A stretch of 64,000 bases of DNA, taken from NCBI RefSeq assembly GCF_009914755.1, contig NC_060938.1. The stretch is one strand, 5' to 3'. Under the pieces are notes generated by a model, which worked only from the letters and a program-made list of their open reading frames with translations, did no database searches and was not told the origin of the DNA. The stretch is from the human T2T-CHM13v2.0 reference genome, Homo sapiens. This document shows, piece by piece, positions 1-13,200 of this stretch (position 1 is its first letter; each line of letters starts with the position of its first letter). The translations under genes and the position numbers were made by a program.

Positions 1-400
1 GCCTTTGTCCCAGGGTCTGTCACAGGCTGTGATGAGCCTGTTGACTGGGGCTATGGTCTCATCAGAGACTCGACTGGTGTGGGGATGCTCTACTCCCAAG
101 TCCATACATGTGCTATGGGCAGGCCCTGGTCCCTGGCCACATGGGCTTCCCCACAGGGCAGCCTCAGAGCATGGCAGCTTCCTTCCCCCAGAGTGAGAGA
201 TCTAATGGAGGGGGGACCCAAAGGCGAAAGCCATGGTGTTTAAAACCTGATCTTAGAAGTGATGTCCCATCATGTCTGCTTATCGTACTCATGAGAGGCC
301 ATCACTAAGACCAGCTCCCACTGAAGGGGAGGGGATTACTCTGGGTGTGAACACCAGGAGGCCAGAGTCTCCAGAGACCATCGCAGAGGCTGCAACTATG
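1..400 (-). mobile_element. MaLR LTR, MLT1F/H-like (partial, runs off window start)
   Basis: Ends ...ggtgtgaacaccaggagg...gaccatcgcagaggctgcaactatg, resembling the reverse complement of the MLT1F-type 5' end; internal ggccacatgggcttccccacagggcagc and ttagaagtgatgtcccatca motifs. Confidence 0.7.
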
Positions 401-569
401 TCTCCTGACAAGTTTAAGGGATTTGCAAGATGCACTGGGGCAGGGAGGGGTCAGGTGTTCAAACCCACTCATAGACAAGAAAACCATTTCCCTGAGAGAG
501 TGAGGCAGATGTGTGTCCAAATCACTTTCAGGATGAATGGAAGAGTCAGGGGTGGGGAACACCCTTGGC

Positions 570-848
570 ATCTTCTCCAGCTCCGTCTCTCCCTGCCCTG
601 GTTCAGGGCTTTCCTCGCCCCCCTTCCCCTCTTTCCCTCCCTCCCCTTCCCCTCTTTCCCTCCCTGCCTACCCCTGCTCCTTCTTCCCTTCCCCTCTTCC
701 ACTATCCTCCCCCTTCTCAGTCTCTGAGTCTCTGTCCCTTTCCTTCCCCACTCCCTTTCTTCCTTTTCCTTCCCCCTGGCCCCTCTCCCTCCCTCCTCTG
801 CATCTCTGGTCCCGGGGTCCTCCTCACTTTCTCATTTCCTTTCATTTC
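570..848. repeat. CT-rich polypyrimidine low-complexity tract
   Basis: About 280 bp that is largely C/T on the + strand. Confidence 0.85.
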
Positions 849-1957
849 TAGGGGCATCTCCCTGTGCAACAGGCCCCAGGCCCAGGCTGCAGGGACAGCA
901 GAGCCAGGCTGCTCCCACCCACCCCAAAGCCCTGCTCATGCAGCTGCCGCCAGCCCGGATCCCGCTAGGGGGCACCATGAGCTGCGGCTGCGGACGAGGG
1001 GCTGCTTTTCCCCAGGCGCTGTGGGCTTGGAGAGAAACCCTGGGCAGGAAGGGTCCTCTCTTTCCAGTCCTGGAGCCAGGCCACCTGGTGGGCAGTGCAG
1101 CCTTCACACTAGGACCGCGGGGCAGGGATGTCCGGGACCTCCGGCCCAGCCCGCCCAGGCCACACATGTGAGCGTCTAGCACAGCGGCCACCTGCAGGGA
1201 AGGCATAGGTCTCTCCCAGGAGGCTGTCAGCAGCTGGGAGGCCGGCAGCAACCCCACTCCAGGCCTGAAGTATCTGCCACCTTTGGCAGGCTCTGGGCCC
1301 CATGGAAAGGCTGAGGGGCGCTCATCCCGGGTTGCCATCCCCAGAACCGGTGTGACAGGCCCCACAAGCACGCATGTGAGTCAGCTCATGCACAGGAGAG
1401 CCTCATGGAGCCTGCCCGGCCAAGGTCCCCAACCCCAGACCCAGCAGCTGCCACTGCGACCACCCTGAGAGCTGTGACTGCACCCAGGCCTGAACACACA
1501 TGCATGGCCTGAGATCTGGGGGTGTCCTCCAGAATGAGGTGGACCCAGCAGGGGAAAAGGCTTTGCAGGGAGCGGTCACAGCAGGAGTGCCCCACGTGCA
1601 CTGAACCTGCCCTGGGCCCCACCTCTCTTCACATGGGTGATGGGGGGGGTGCCCCAGTTTTATGGGATCTAAGGTGAGAGCATTAAAGACGAACAGGCAT
1701 GCGTGGACAAGATGTGTCCTGCTGAGACCCAGAGAAAGACATTGCAGCAGGTCCTGCCGGATCCCTACAACCCACGGCTGCGTCCGGGGGTTGCTGCATT
1801 TTTCATCGTGGAAGATTCTTCCTAAGCACCCTCCCTAGACAGGCACGCACGCGGCGTGGATGCACAGGCTTGCACCTGCTGCTCACACCCTTGTCAGCCC
1901 TGGCTACTGTCAAACAGGAACTCTTGGGCCGATGTCAGCAGCAAAAGGAACCCCACA

Positions 1958-2595
1958 TCTCATTGTTTCATTTTGTAATGTAAAATTCTCTGGTCAAGAA
2001 ACTCTTCAGATGTTTCTGGCTATTTTTACTGCTCTCCTGTGAATTGCCTCCTTGGAGCCTTTGTCCATTTTCCTATTGAGAGTTGTTTCAATTAATTTAT
2101 AACTTTTTTGTTTATTAAGGGTATTGCTCTTTTGTCTATCAGAAACATTCAACTATATTCCTCCAGCTTGTTATTTATCTTTTAATTTTAGTCTGTGTGT
2201 GTGTGTGTGCGAGTGTTTGTGTGTGTGGCGTGTGTGTGTGCATGTGCATCTGTGTGTGTGCGTGTGTGTGTGCTGTGTGTGTGCATCTGTGTGTGTGCCT
2301 GTGTGTGTGTGTGTGCGCATCTGTGTGTGTGCCTGTGTGTATGTGTGTGTACATGTGTATGTGTGTGTGTCTTTCAGCACTCAGTGGTCTCATGATCTTA
2401 CATTGGTTATTATTTTCCTTCACGGCATCTGGATTTTGCATCTTGCTTGGAAAGCCTTCCCCATCTGAGGGTCCGGTATTTTTCTTCCCTTTTCTAATGC
2501 TCTAGCTATTTGTCATTTATTAAATCTTCAGTCCCTTTAGGGTATTTGTTGGGTATGAAATAGGAACTAACTTTCACAGATTTTTGCCAGATGGA
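1958..2595 (-). mobile_element. Old L1 (L1ME-like) 3' fragment interrupted by a (TG)n tract
   Basis: ctcattgtttc...gtgaattgcc...ctttgtccattttcctattg...tggattttgcatcttgcttggaaagccttcccc are typical antisense L1M motifs. Confidence 0.65.
2191..2370. repeat. Imperfect (TG)n microsatellite
   Basis: About 180 bp of alternating TG with interruptions. Confidence 0.95.
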
Positions 2596-3139
2596 AGATA
2601 GAACTCTGGGGTCTCAGTCACCGACAATGAAGGTGTGGCGGAAAGACGTTTCCTTAGAAACTACACCCGAGGCCCCACCGATCCCGGCTTTCACCTCAGC
2701 AGAGCAGCAACCGGACCTCTGTGTCTTGTGCCAAGCAGAGATCTAAACCTCTTGCCAGCTCCCAGGCAGTTCCAGTGTGTCCCTTCCTCTTGGAGATATG
2801 CAGACCTCAGGGAAGGGGTGCCGGGGGTGCCCAGAGCCACCATGGCCCAGTCCTCCCCCCTGGGCTGGACCCTCACCTTGGACAAGATTGGAAGAAATGG
2901 AATGGCCCCTGCTTAGCTGCGGGGGCTTCCAGAGATATTCAACTGGGTCACACCCAGCAGAGTCTGCAAGAGGAGGAAAGAGGTGCTGAGATTTGCCCAG
3001 CTTCCTCCAGGGGTGGGAAGAGCTTCTCTGGCTTTCCTCCTTCCTCCAAGGTGAGATGCAAAGACAGGACATCGAGGTTGTGATCACAGCTGTGACTTGG
3101 TGGCCTCCCGTGCCCCCAGCCCCGGGCCAGCTCTTGGCC

Positions 3140-3272
3140 TCACTATCACCTGTCCACACAGCAGCCTGCAAGGTGGGTTCCATGATCCCCACTTTACAGA
3201 GGAGAAAACAGAGGCTCAGAGATGTCAAGCAACCTGTGCAGGGCCACACAGCTTGTAGGGAAATTGAACTCA
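3140..3272 (-). mobile_element. MIR SINE
   Basis: ccccactttacagaggagaaaacagaggctcagagatgtcaagcaacctgtgcagggccacacagc matches the antisense MIR core. Confidence 0.85.
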
Positions 3273-3864
3273 CCTCAGGAGGTGGTTGAGACGATGGAAC
3301 CAGGCAATAGCAGCATAGTGACCACAAGGGTTTGCACATAGTAGGCCTTCAAACATTTAGCCACCCTCTTCTTTCCCTCCCTCTCTTCCTGGCTTCTTTC
3401 TTGGTTCCTCCCTCTCTTTCCCAGGAGACTATACCACCATCTGAAATCCATGATGACAATGACAAGCAAACTCATGCCTTGAGACAGGATACACTACAAT
3501 AGAGGAAGAAACGGGAACTCATAATGGACTGGCAAGCACTATTGTTTATGGACAAACTTCCCCTTGGGAGGCAAGTCCTTAGACAGGTACCCCCAGGAGT
3601 CCCCATCCCTGAGCAGCTCCCGGTCTAACCAGAGATTCACACGGGGGAAGTTTCTACCCATAGGAAGCAGCTCTCAGCATGCAGGGGAATCCAGAGGGGC
3701 TTCCTGGAAAAGGGGGCTCCTGATCAGATAGTCAAGGATTTGAGGCATGATAGATGCCCAGAGGAGCAGGGTCGCATGGTGGGGTCTGTCTGGGAGGTGC
3801 ATACTATTTCCTGGCTGTGTGGGGTATGCAGAGCTGGAAGGAGAGGCCACCTTTTTAAAGCATA

Positions 3865-4147
3865 TTGAACACAAAAGCATACACAACGTACTGTATAATT
3901 TCATGTATAAAAATGTAAAAACCACTTAAAAATAGTGTGGAAAGCAGAGTAATTGTCACCCCTGGGACAGAAGGCTGCCAACCGGAAGGGAGGTGTGGTG
4001 GGAGGTTTTCTGGGGCGTTGGCACGGTTCTGTTTCTTGTTCTGGGGGATGGCTAGAGGCCTGCACCGCTACTCTGTGAAAATTCAATATGTACACCTCCA
4101 ATCCATGTACTGTTCCACCTGTGTATTATACTCCAATAAAAAGTTGA
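3865..4147 (+). mobile_element. L1ME-like 3' UTR end
   Basis: ttctggggcgttggcacggttctgtttcttgttctggggg...tgtgaaaattca...tgtgtattatactccaataaaaagtt. Confidence 0.7.
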
Positions 4148-4854
4148 AGTTTGTTGAAACAGGAGCTCAGGGGATGGGAGAATTTGAAGATTATTCTGGA
4201 GGCGGTGGGCAGACCCAGGCTTCTGAGCAGTTCGTGACCAGAGCTATGTTTTCCGAGGATGAATCTGGCAGTGTGTCTTGGATGGATTAGCGGAGGAGGG
4301 GGGTGGGCTGGTGAGTGCTCAGAGACTGTCGCCAGTGCAGGTGAGAGGTAATTCACAGCCGCCCTGGGGAGGAGATGCCGTGCCACGGCTGTCTGGGGCT
4401 TCATTAAATACCAGAAAGAGAAATGAACCAATTTCACAGCCCTGGTCTGTGACTTCTCTGAGGATGTGAAGTCAAAGGCTATGCGACTCAAGGCCAGTAG
4501 CAATCCGATTAATTCCCCAGGATAAAGCCTTTAATCTAACACATAACAGCAGATTCTTGTTATTCCATTAAAAACAATACCTCAGCCCCCACGTTGGCTG
4601 CCAGGGCCTTAATGAGACCCCTTCCCTGCCCAGGAGGCTGAATTGGTCCTTTGTTCTTCACAGCATGGGGTTCGGAAGATTGCTAGTTTGGTGGTAGGGC
4701 TGGTTGGGGACATTGGCACTGATGGGAGTGTAAGGCTGGATGTGACAAAAGCCACCGGGAGTTCTGGGTGACCTCAGCTGAACTGAAAGTTGGCCTCGCT
4801 TCTTGGGAGGAGAATGTGGGGGGTCTGCTGGGGCCAGGTCGTGGCAAGGTGCAT

Positions 4855-4985
4855 GGTAGAAAAAGCCTTGTGCTGGGAGGTCAGTGCCCTGGGGTCTGTC
4901 CAGATCCCCACAGTGTCACCAACTCACTGAGTGACAGTGGGCCAGTCTTGTCCCCTCTGGCCTCGGTCTCTTCCCAAGTGTGTTG
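4855..4985 (+). mobile_element. Degenerate MIR
   Basis: caccaactcactgagtgacagtgggccagtcttgtcccctctggcctcggtctc resembles the MIR core. Confidence 0.5.
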
Positions 4986-7369
4986 AGAGAACTGGCCTCT
5001 TGGGAAGGCCAGTTACTCATGGAATCAAGCTCCCTGGGTGCCAGTCCCCTGGTGCTGAGGACTGAGAATGACCCCAGACAGTAATGTGCTGGTTTGCCTA
5101 AACTTCTTGGATGAAGAAGAAGTGGAGAGAACATCCCTTGGCACTTGGAAGCAGCCGGGGAACACTTACAGTGTTACGCAGGGTGTGCCCTGGCGTCCAT
5201 GCTCCTGCAGTATGGTGGAGGAGAGATACGTTCCACTTGGCCCCCCTACAGAAAATGACTTTTCACCAAAGGCGACGGCATAAACGCTGCTTATCTGCCT
5301 CCCTGGTGTGCCCGGAACTCTCTTGATTTTAACTCCGAAAGTCTTGCATCCCAGAAAACTCAGTCCCAGGCAAGCCAGGATGGCTGGTGACCCTACTTCC
5401 AGTCCTCGATAAAAAACTGGGCACCCAAAGTGCACTGAGAGCAATTGCACCTGTGATGCCTGCAAGTCAGGTGCAAAGCAGGAGATACAAACCCATCCTG
5501 GGACCAGCAGCACCTGGAGGCTGAAATCACAGCAGAGAGGGGTGCCCCTGGCCACAGATTGCCTCCCAATTCGATCGTCAGAGAGGAGGAACTGGAGGTG
5601 CTCTCAGAATCCAGCCAAAGCCCAGTTGCTGAAGAGAACCGGACTGGCCTACAGACTCTGACTAGTGTTAGGATGTTGGCTTTGGGGGATCCGAAGGACA
5701 GATGCCCTTTCTATGCTGTGGGCTCCACTGTACTCATCAAACCCTCTTCTGCTCTCCAGAGATCAGAGTTAACAAGACGCCCTCCAGGAGGAGCCAGGGA
5801 GGAACTACCTGGCCCCGTGACCCCACCTGACTTCTGTAGCCAAACTCCAGAAGCCAGAGGGGCCAAACCAGGTTAGCACTCCCACCCCCGCCACGCCCCA
5901 CTACCTTGGCTCTCAGGCGTAATTCTGACTGGCTGTGTGCCAGTCATGACCTTGCCAGCCATGGCCACAGGGCCTGGCCCACTTCACAGGGCAGCTCGGG
6001 CTCCAGCCACCTCTGCTTCCAACATGGAGACAGGCCATCAGACGGCCACCAAGACAGGTCGCAGGCCTTGGACCTGAGAAATCACTTTCGAGGTAGTTTT
6101 ATGGCAAACACAATTTCTGGGGCTGGAAGTCTCACCTCTGTTAATGAGGTGTCACTGGAGGGGTGTCCAGGACAGGCTTGGATGTCTGACAGGCACACAC
6201 AACACCGAAACAGATGACACCCTGTATGGTGTAAAGCCAGCTCGGACGCCTCCTGCCTAATTCCCGGTGGCTGAGGGGACGACCTGTGGGAAATAGCACA
6301 AAGCAGTGACCTGTAAAATCAGGAGCCACAGGATGAAAACATTTTGTCACTGAGAAAATATGTTTATGCTCATTAGAACAACGTTTTTTGGGCTCATGTA
6401 GAATAAACATATTGGGTCGAATGTTGCTACAAGGTCTACATTTACAAAGAGGCAAGGAAGGTATGAAATTGCGGTCAGGAGCTGGCAAGCGTGAGAAATT
6501 ACAGTGGGATGAGCTTCTCGCACTGCAAATTGGAAAATTCAGAGATGTGTGGCACGGCTGCGGAGGCCCAAACTTCTAAATGAAATTTATTATTTCTGTA
6601 AAATCTGGGAACAACATCTTCAGGGATAACAAATATAGAGAAAACATGATTTCAGCCTCGATATTTGGTCTCCTTGCAGACGGTTTTCATTAAAAAGGGC
6701 TTTATAAAAATGATAAAAATGTTACAGTTTGCTAAATTAAGTCTGAAGCAGCTCTATTTAATAATCTGGTGCATTTTAATCATTTTTTGAAAAGCCTGAC
6801 ATATTGAAAAGAACTTCAGACTTGAGCACCAAAAAAAGAAAAGGAAAAGAAAAAAAGGAAAATACTCTCAACTCATCTTGGGTTGTTTGTGCATTTCTAA
6901 ACCTAAACTTGTCCCTCTCAATGGCAGTTAGTGCCAAGCGAGCAAGCATCTGTGACCCAGAATGCCAGACCTCCAGAGCTTTTGTAGCTGTGACAGGGAC
7001 CACATGACAATGGGTTATTTTTGTTCAATTGTCTCTCAGGAAACAAAGTCAAAAAGGATGGGTAATTACTCTGTTTCTACTTCTTGCCCCATAATGCAAC
7101 ATGCTTAGTAATGTGGGTACATAAGGAGGGAGGGCCTGGGGGGAGGCAAGAGGAAAAAACCGTAGTTTAAAGAATAGCATGAAGTTCTCCATGGAGTCTT
7201 TTGCCAAAGAACAGTGGAGAGGGCCTTCTGAGGGGTTCTCAGAAAAGGTGTTGGTTTGGGAGGAGGAAGTTGAATTTGAGAGGCCGCTGTGAGGAGCTGT
7301 AAGAGCAGTGAACTCATGCTACAGAAATCCAGAGCTGTGACATAATCTAGGGCTAAGGATTGGAAGCAG

Positions 7370-7441
7370 GGAAGGAAGGAAGGAAGGAAGGAAGGAAGGA
7401 AGGAAGGAAGGAAGGAAGGAAGGAAGGAAGGAAGGAAGGAA
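7370..7441 (+). repeat. Perfect (GGAA)18 microsatellite
   Basis: 72 bp of uninterrupted GGAA. Confidence 0.97.
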
Positions 7442-7469
7442 GGTAGGTTTGTTGAGAGAAGGGATAGGA

Positions 7470-7963
7470 GAATGCATGGGTGAATGGGTGAGTGGATGGA
7501 TGCATGGATGGATAATGAGAGAATGGGTAGGAAAATGGGTGGATGGGTGGATGGATGAATGGATGGATGGATGGATGGATGGATGGATGAATGGTTAGAT
7601 GGAGGGAGGGAGTGAGGGAGAAGGGAAGGGAGTAATAGTTGAGTGCATGGAGAAATGGTTGGATGGGTGGAAGAATAGATGAGTGGATAGACGGATGGAT
7701 GGATGACTGGAATGGATGCATGGATGGATGGAGAAATGGCTGAATGCATGGAGGAATGATTGGATGTGTGGAGGAATGGATGAATGGATGGATGGATGGA
7801 AAGATGGATGGATGCATGGATAGATGGATGGATGGATATATGGATGGAGGGAGGGATAGATGGATGGATGGATGGTTGGATAGATGGCTGGATGGATGAC
7901 AGAATGGATAAGAGAATGGATGGGTGGACGGGTGAGTGGATGGATGGAAAGTTAGATGGATGA
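7470..7963 (+). repeat. Degenerate (GGAT/TGGA)n simple repeat
   Basis: About 500 bp of ggatggatgg variants. Confidence 0.95.
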
Positions 7964-8029
7964 AAGTTTTGGGTCCTGGTTGCCTGTCATGAAGGAAGGG
8001 CAGGTGCTTGTACTACCAATCCACCTGAC

Positions 8030-8190
8030 ACATGCCAAGCACTGAGTTCAGTATTGTGTTTCCTTGCTCAGTCTTCATCACAACCACGTCAATTTTAGGT
8101 GAGAAGATAAAGACTCAGAGCAGCAATGTGATGCAAGCGGCATGACACAGCCAGGTGGAGACTCACCTGGGCTTCCAAAGATTACATTCT
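8030..8190 (-). mobile_element. Degenerate MIR
   Basis: catgccaagcactg...tcttcatcacaacc...aaagactcagagcagc...gacacagccagg. Confidence 0.4.
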
Positions 8191-8734
8191 GCTTTGGAAT
8201 CCTGCAGCTTTCTCTGAAGCCATCCTCAAACCTGCAAATCTTTTTATTGTTAAAAATAATGCTTTTGGTTGATGGAAAGTTCTAGAACTCAGCTTTCTCG
8301 GTCTCTATCCTAGGATCTTTCTACAGCCTTATGATGTCCAGATCAAGGGCTGGGAAGCATGAGAGAGATGAGCTTTGGTGAGGAGTCAGTGGAAACGACA
8401 TGAGGAAAAAATCCAGAAAATTGTGAATTGTGAGAGAGGAAGGTGATTGCAGCCAAGGTCCCTGGGACGGAGTTGGTGCTGGGCACAGGAGGATGGCCCC
8501 ATATGGGTGGGGTCCAGGACACAGTGGATTAGAAGAGTGGAGTAAAGACTTGCTCCGAGAAGTGGAAATCCTTGTTTTTGGTTTTCTTCATGAGAAAGAA
8601 GATGGAAAGAGGTTCCCATGCTGCTGGATGGGAAGAGGTTCAGCCACAGGATACGTCCCACAAGACTTCCCGTATAGTGGGAGCAGTGGGGATGAAGCTG
8701 GAAGGCCTGGGCCAGCCCTCACCACATCCCTCCA

Positions 8735-8858
8735 TGGGGGATGCCCTTGGAAAGCCACCCGACTTTCCTGGACCTCAGTTTCCTTCTCCCTAAAGTGGAG
8801 CCGACACTGTCTCCATGCTGGAGCCACTGCAAGGATGAAACGAGAGAGCGGATATGAT
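8735..8858 (+). mobile_element. MIR SINE
   Basis: ccttggaaagccacccgactttcctggacctcagtttccttctccctaaagtgg...gcaaggatgaaacgaga. Confidence 0.65.
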
Positions 8859-10184
8859 TTGTCACTATCCATTTGTCACTGTCAAGAGCTCATTATGCAG
8901 ATGGGGCCCAGGATCCTCTCCAAGCCCCAGAGCCTGCCTTTGTGCAACCCAGCCCAGAATCCACCCTCCCCTCCCTACCCCTGCATCTACTCACCCTCCC
9001 CAAGCTGACTCTCAGGACCCTGGCAGCATCTGTGGGGGGAAGCAGACAAACCTCACCTTTGGCAAGTAGAGATGAACTGAGCCTGGAACAGTGTCAATCA
9101 GAGACCTTTCAGAAGCACCAGAGGCCATAGCTGGTGTTGAGGCCAAACCTGGAAGGGCTGCCCCTCCCTGGCAATAATGCTGCTGCACGGTTACCTCATT
9201 TGCCTTTGTTTTTCTTCTTTTTCCTTTTTAATTACCTTATTAAAGATTACTTAACTGCAAAGTAAAACCATCCCCAAGCTACTAAGTAGAATGTGACTCA
9301 GTTCCCAAGAGCAGGGTGGCCTGTGGGTGGGCGACTTCTGCAGGGATGTCACCCCTGGTCACCTGGAAATGGGGCTTCAGCTGAGACGAGCAGGAACATT
9401 TCCTCCAGTGCTGACCTTGCCTTCACCCCGTCCAGTGTCTGGGAGCCCCTCACCTCAGTTTACCCAGATGCAGATTCCGGTCCAATCAACACAGATAGAG
9501 GACCAGCCAAGTCCACGACTCCACATCATGCACTTGTAAACCGTCGACAGGTCACCCGTGAGATGAGAGTCTCCTCCCAGGTCTGGGCATTGCTAGGCTG
9601 GGAAACCTGTCTTCTGTCTTCCCTGACCTGACTGAGGAAAGTGTGGGGCAGGAAGAGGCAGGGCGGGCCTGTTGCTGAGGCTTTGTTCAGGGTCCACGCT
9701 GTATCCTTGGGCACAGTCATGGATCTACAGTTCCTCTGTGATTTTACTGAAAGGCCTTATGGTTCTGTCTCGTTCCCATGGCTGCCCAAGGGACCCTGTT
9801 AATTCAGTGCCTCTCTGGAAGCCAGAGATGACCTGTCTGCCTGCCTACTGGCTACCAGTTCAGCAGTCTCCGCAAGGCAGAAAGGAGGCTTGATTTCTGC
9901 TCCCAGGCCATCTGTTACCATGTTTCTTCTGGAATTTGGTGGGGAAGCACCAGGCAGCTTTGCCAGGGGACCTCCTGGGATGTTGATGATTCCTATTGGA
10001 AACCTTCAGCCTTAAATCTTGTTCTGTCCCAGAGGACTCCCAGACAGCTCTCCTGTCCCAGAGGACTCCGTAGGGTGCACAGCATGGGTGGAACAAAGGC
10101 CAAGGAACAAGGGCGACCCATCTGAGAGAGGCCCACAGGAGGCCCTGGGGGCCTGGAGAAGGAAAGGCCATTTCTGGCAGGGGC

Positions 10185-10265
10185 TGGGGAAGGCAAGAGG
10201 GTTTGAGGACGGTTTCTTGGAAGAGATGGTCTTTGAGCTGGGTCTTCAGGGGATGGGAGAGGTGC
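10185..10265 (-). mobile_element. L2 fragment
   Basis: ggtttcttggaagagatggtctttgagctgggtcttcaggggatgg is a characteristic L2 motif. Confidence 0.55.
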
Positions 10266-13200
10266 AGTGTCATTCTATCCTCACCCAGCAAGCACATCCA
10301 CTCGGCCATACACTCCCCCAGGGGGACCAGCCAGGGAACTTGAGGGGCTTCTGGCAGCTGTGGGGGGCAGTGCTCACACAGGCTTCCAGCTCCCTTGGCC
10401 CCGCGACACAGGAGCTGCTGTAAGAACAGAAATTCTGCTCAATACCAAAGTTCTCTGTGCCTTTCCCCACGAAGAAGGCTCCAGTGGGTCAGTCAGACAA
10501 ACCCATCCCAGGGGGCTGGGACACAACTTTACTAGAATGTCATTAAAAAACAACTTGTGTTAGTTTGTCATCTGTTATTACAAATCACTCAGCTTTCTGC
10601 TGCTACAAGCATCCCCGTGTCCAGATTTAATGAACTGCAGGGAGAAGTGGATGCCTCCCTCTCCCTGCAAGACGCCTTTCCCCATCTGCTAGGAAAGCTC
10701 CGTTTTGGGGCTGACACAGGCAGGCAAAGCCGAGGAGGGAGTGAGAAGTGAGGTCCCATCCCCAGCAGAAACCACATGGGCTCCACCCGTGTCAGATGTA
10801 GCTGGCTGCTGGCACCCTGGACCCTGAGTGAGACAGGTCTCATCAAAGCCTCGGCACCCCGGGGACCAGTGGCCATTGTTCCTATGCAGAGCAGAAATAC
10901 TGAGCACCATCCACAGCTGGTTCCTGAAGCAGCAAGCCTCAGGTGCCAGAGGCAAACATCATGCTGCCTTGAAGCACCCCTGCCCTTGAACAGGGGTCTC
11001 CCCCAACTACGGCAGCTGCAGGCAGGAGTGCCCTGGCTGGTCACAGCCCTGTCCCTTCAGCCTGGTCCACTGCCATAGTGGCCCTCATTTACCCATCTCC
11101 TGGAGGTGAGCAGACAAGTGGTCTGGGAAGCCCTGTCTGCCCTGGGCCTAGGTGTACGAATCCTGCTGGAGCCCTGGCCCCTGGTGCCTGGCCAGAGGAG
11201 AGCAGCTGACAACCTACATGCACAGTGAGCACTGCCGTTTATGAGCGCAAGACACCAGGAGTGCAGCGGGCTCGGTGCTGGGGGCTGGTGGGGTTTCAGA
11301 GTGCCAGCGGGGTCTCATCACGCCTGAACCAAGTCATGACTCCTGCTTCTGGACTCCCACTGCTAGCGGGCTGGAGGAGCTGGGCGTGTGAATGGAGGCT
11401 TCTGCCAAGGGTGTTACCATGTCCTTCTGGGGCTGTGTGGGCACTTCCAACTCTGCAGAGTGTTCGTGCCTCAGTTTCTTGTTTCATTCTCAGGACAGCC
11501 ACGTCAGGCTGGGGCTCACTAAGCCCTCTCCAGGGGAGACAGGGCACGTCTTGAGAGGCCACAGTCAGGCTGTGGCCAGCAAAGGAGGGGGTACTGCCCC
11601 GGCCTGTCTGCCCCAGGCCTGGATTTCTCCCGGGAGACCTTGCTGTCCCTAAGGGTTCCCGCTTGGGTTCAGGCACTTTTGACAACACCTTAGAAAGTCC
11701 AGCTCACGGAACGATTTGTCATCCTGCCCTAGACACGTACCTATTTCTCTTATTCCATCTCCACTGAAGCACAGGAAAGCACTTTCCTTGCAGGAAGCAG
11801 CCCCAAGAGGCTCGTTAGGAGGGCAGAGCGCCTGCCTGAAGTAATGAGCGGTTATCAGCTGAGCCATGCGGCCTGGCAGGGGGCTGGGCACATAAACGCT
11901 GTCACCTTGGTATCCACCTGCCGGCATTAGCATTCCCACCAGGTTCTCGGCCCCCTGCTGTGGGGCTACCACAGTCAGTGTGGCATTGGCTGCCGGAAGG
12001 CCCTGGGTGCCCAAAGCAGGTGGGAACGTGCACACCTGCCAGCATGGGGGTGCCTGAGTGCCCTCAGCAGCCACGCAAGTAGTCTCTGCCCTGGGGGCCT
12101 GCGAGAGACACAGAAGGGGAGGAGTGAGAGGGTTTCCTGAGGTCAGAACCCCTGCAGCCCTCACCTGCCGCTCTGCCCAGAGCTGGGTTCCAGGCTGGGG
12201 GCTGTGCGCTTACAGACAGTCAGCACCTCCAAGCCCCACAGTGAGAGGCAGCAGCACCTCTGATGCCCGTGAACACTGGGACTCTGGGTGGTCTTGTCCC
12301 CGAGTCTGCCCCATAGGAAGGGGACGAAGAGGCAAGGCCAAGCCAGGTCTTCCAGGCCTCCCAGCCCACCGCCGGCCGGAGCATTGCAAATATCTGAGCT
12401 GAGAGGATCCTAATTTCAGTCTCTACCCTCTCTTCCCACAGCCCTGCAAGAAGACAGCCTCCAGGAATGAGGCATTCACTCCCAGCCCAGGTGCCCCTAA
12501 GTCTGAAGGTGAGGTGCAAGTTGGTCCATAGCCCCTGCCCATGTGCTCTGCTGCCTGGTGCCACATAGTGGGTGGGTGCTCAGGCCTGTGGGAGAGTAGG
12601 TCCTTCGAGGTGTGGTTATATACAGGGATGGAGAAAACACCAGAGCCAGGAGCCGGCCCCCTTAGGAAGGGGATGACCTCCAGTGCCCCCAGGAACCTGT
12701 CCCCGCTGTTCACTCCCAAACCTGGGAGCTGCAGGAGCACAGGTGGAATCCTGTTTTTTCTGGAGAAAGTGACTTTCGGCCTGATCCCAGGAGAGGGCAA
12801 ACGTGCCAGAAAAACCTGCAGGGGCTCCCAGGAACTTGTTCCCAGAGGAAAGTGGGAGACAAGATGACCAGGTCGGAGGTGCTAACAGGATGCTGTCCTG
12901 GGTGCCTTGCTGGGTAGAAGGAGATGACCTCTAATTCAAGAACCTTCTCTGGCTCCTTCACCCCCTGGGAGCTTTGCAGACATGGGAGGGCAGTTCTCAT
13001 GCCTGTCCTGAGCCCAACACCCCAGGCTTCCTGGCTCCAGGCTTCGACACATCTCCAGTCCTGAGACCCATTTCCATGTGACAGCGTGACCACCTGCTCT
13101 GGACAAGTTCCTGAGGCAGGTGCCCATATGTGGACGGACGGTGTCACCACCCTTCTGGGGGCCCGTGGGGCTCTCCTGCTCAGGCCCCTTCCTCTTGACA

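Noticed and set aside
1079-1098. CTCF-like motif (CCACCAGGTGGCC on minus; similar at about 59485)
   Set aside because: Partial match lacking the 3' positions; expected by chance in GC-rich DNA
511-1179. 222-aa ORF
   Set aside because: Produced by the CT-rich tract and GC-rich sequence lacking stop codons
10025-10069. 17-bp direct repeat ctgtcccagaggactcc x2
   Set aside because: Small local duplication with no element between the copies
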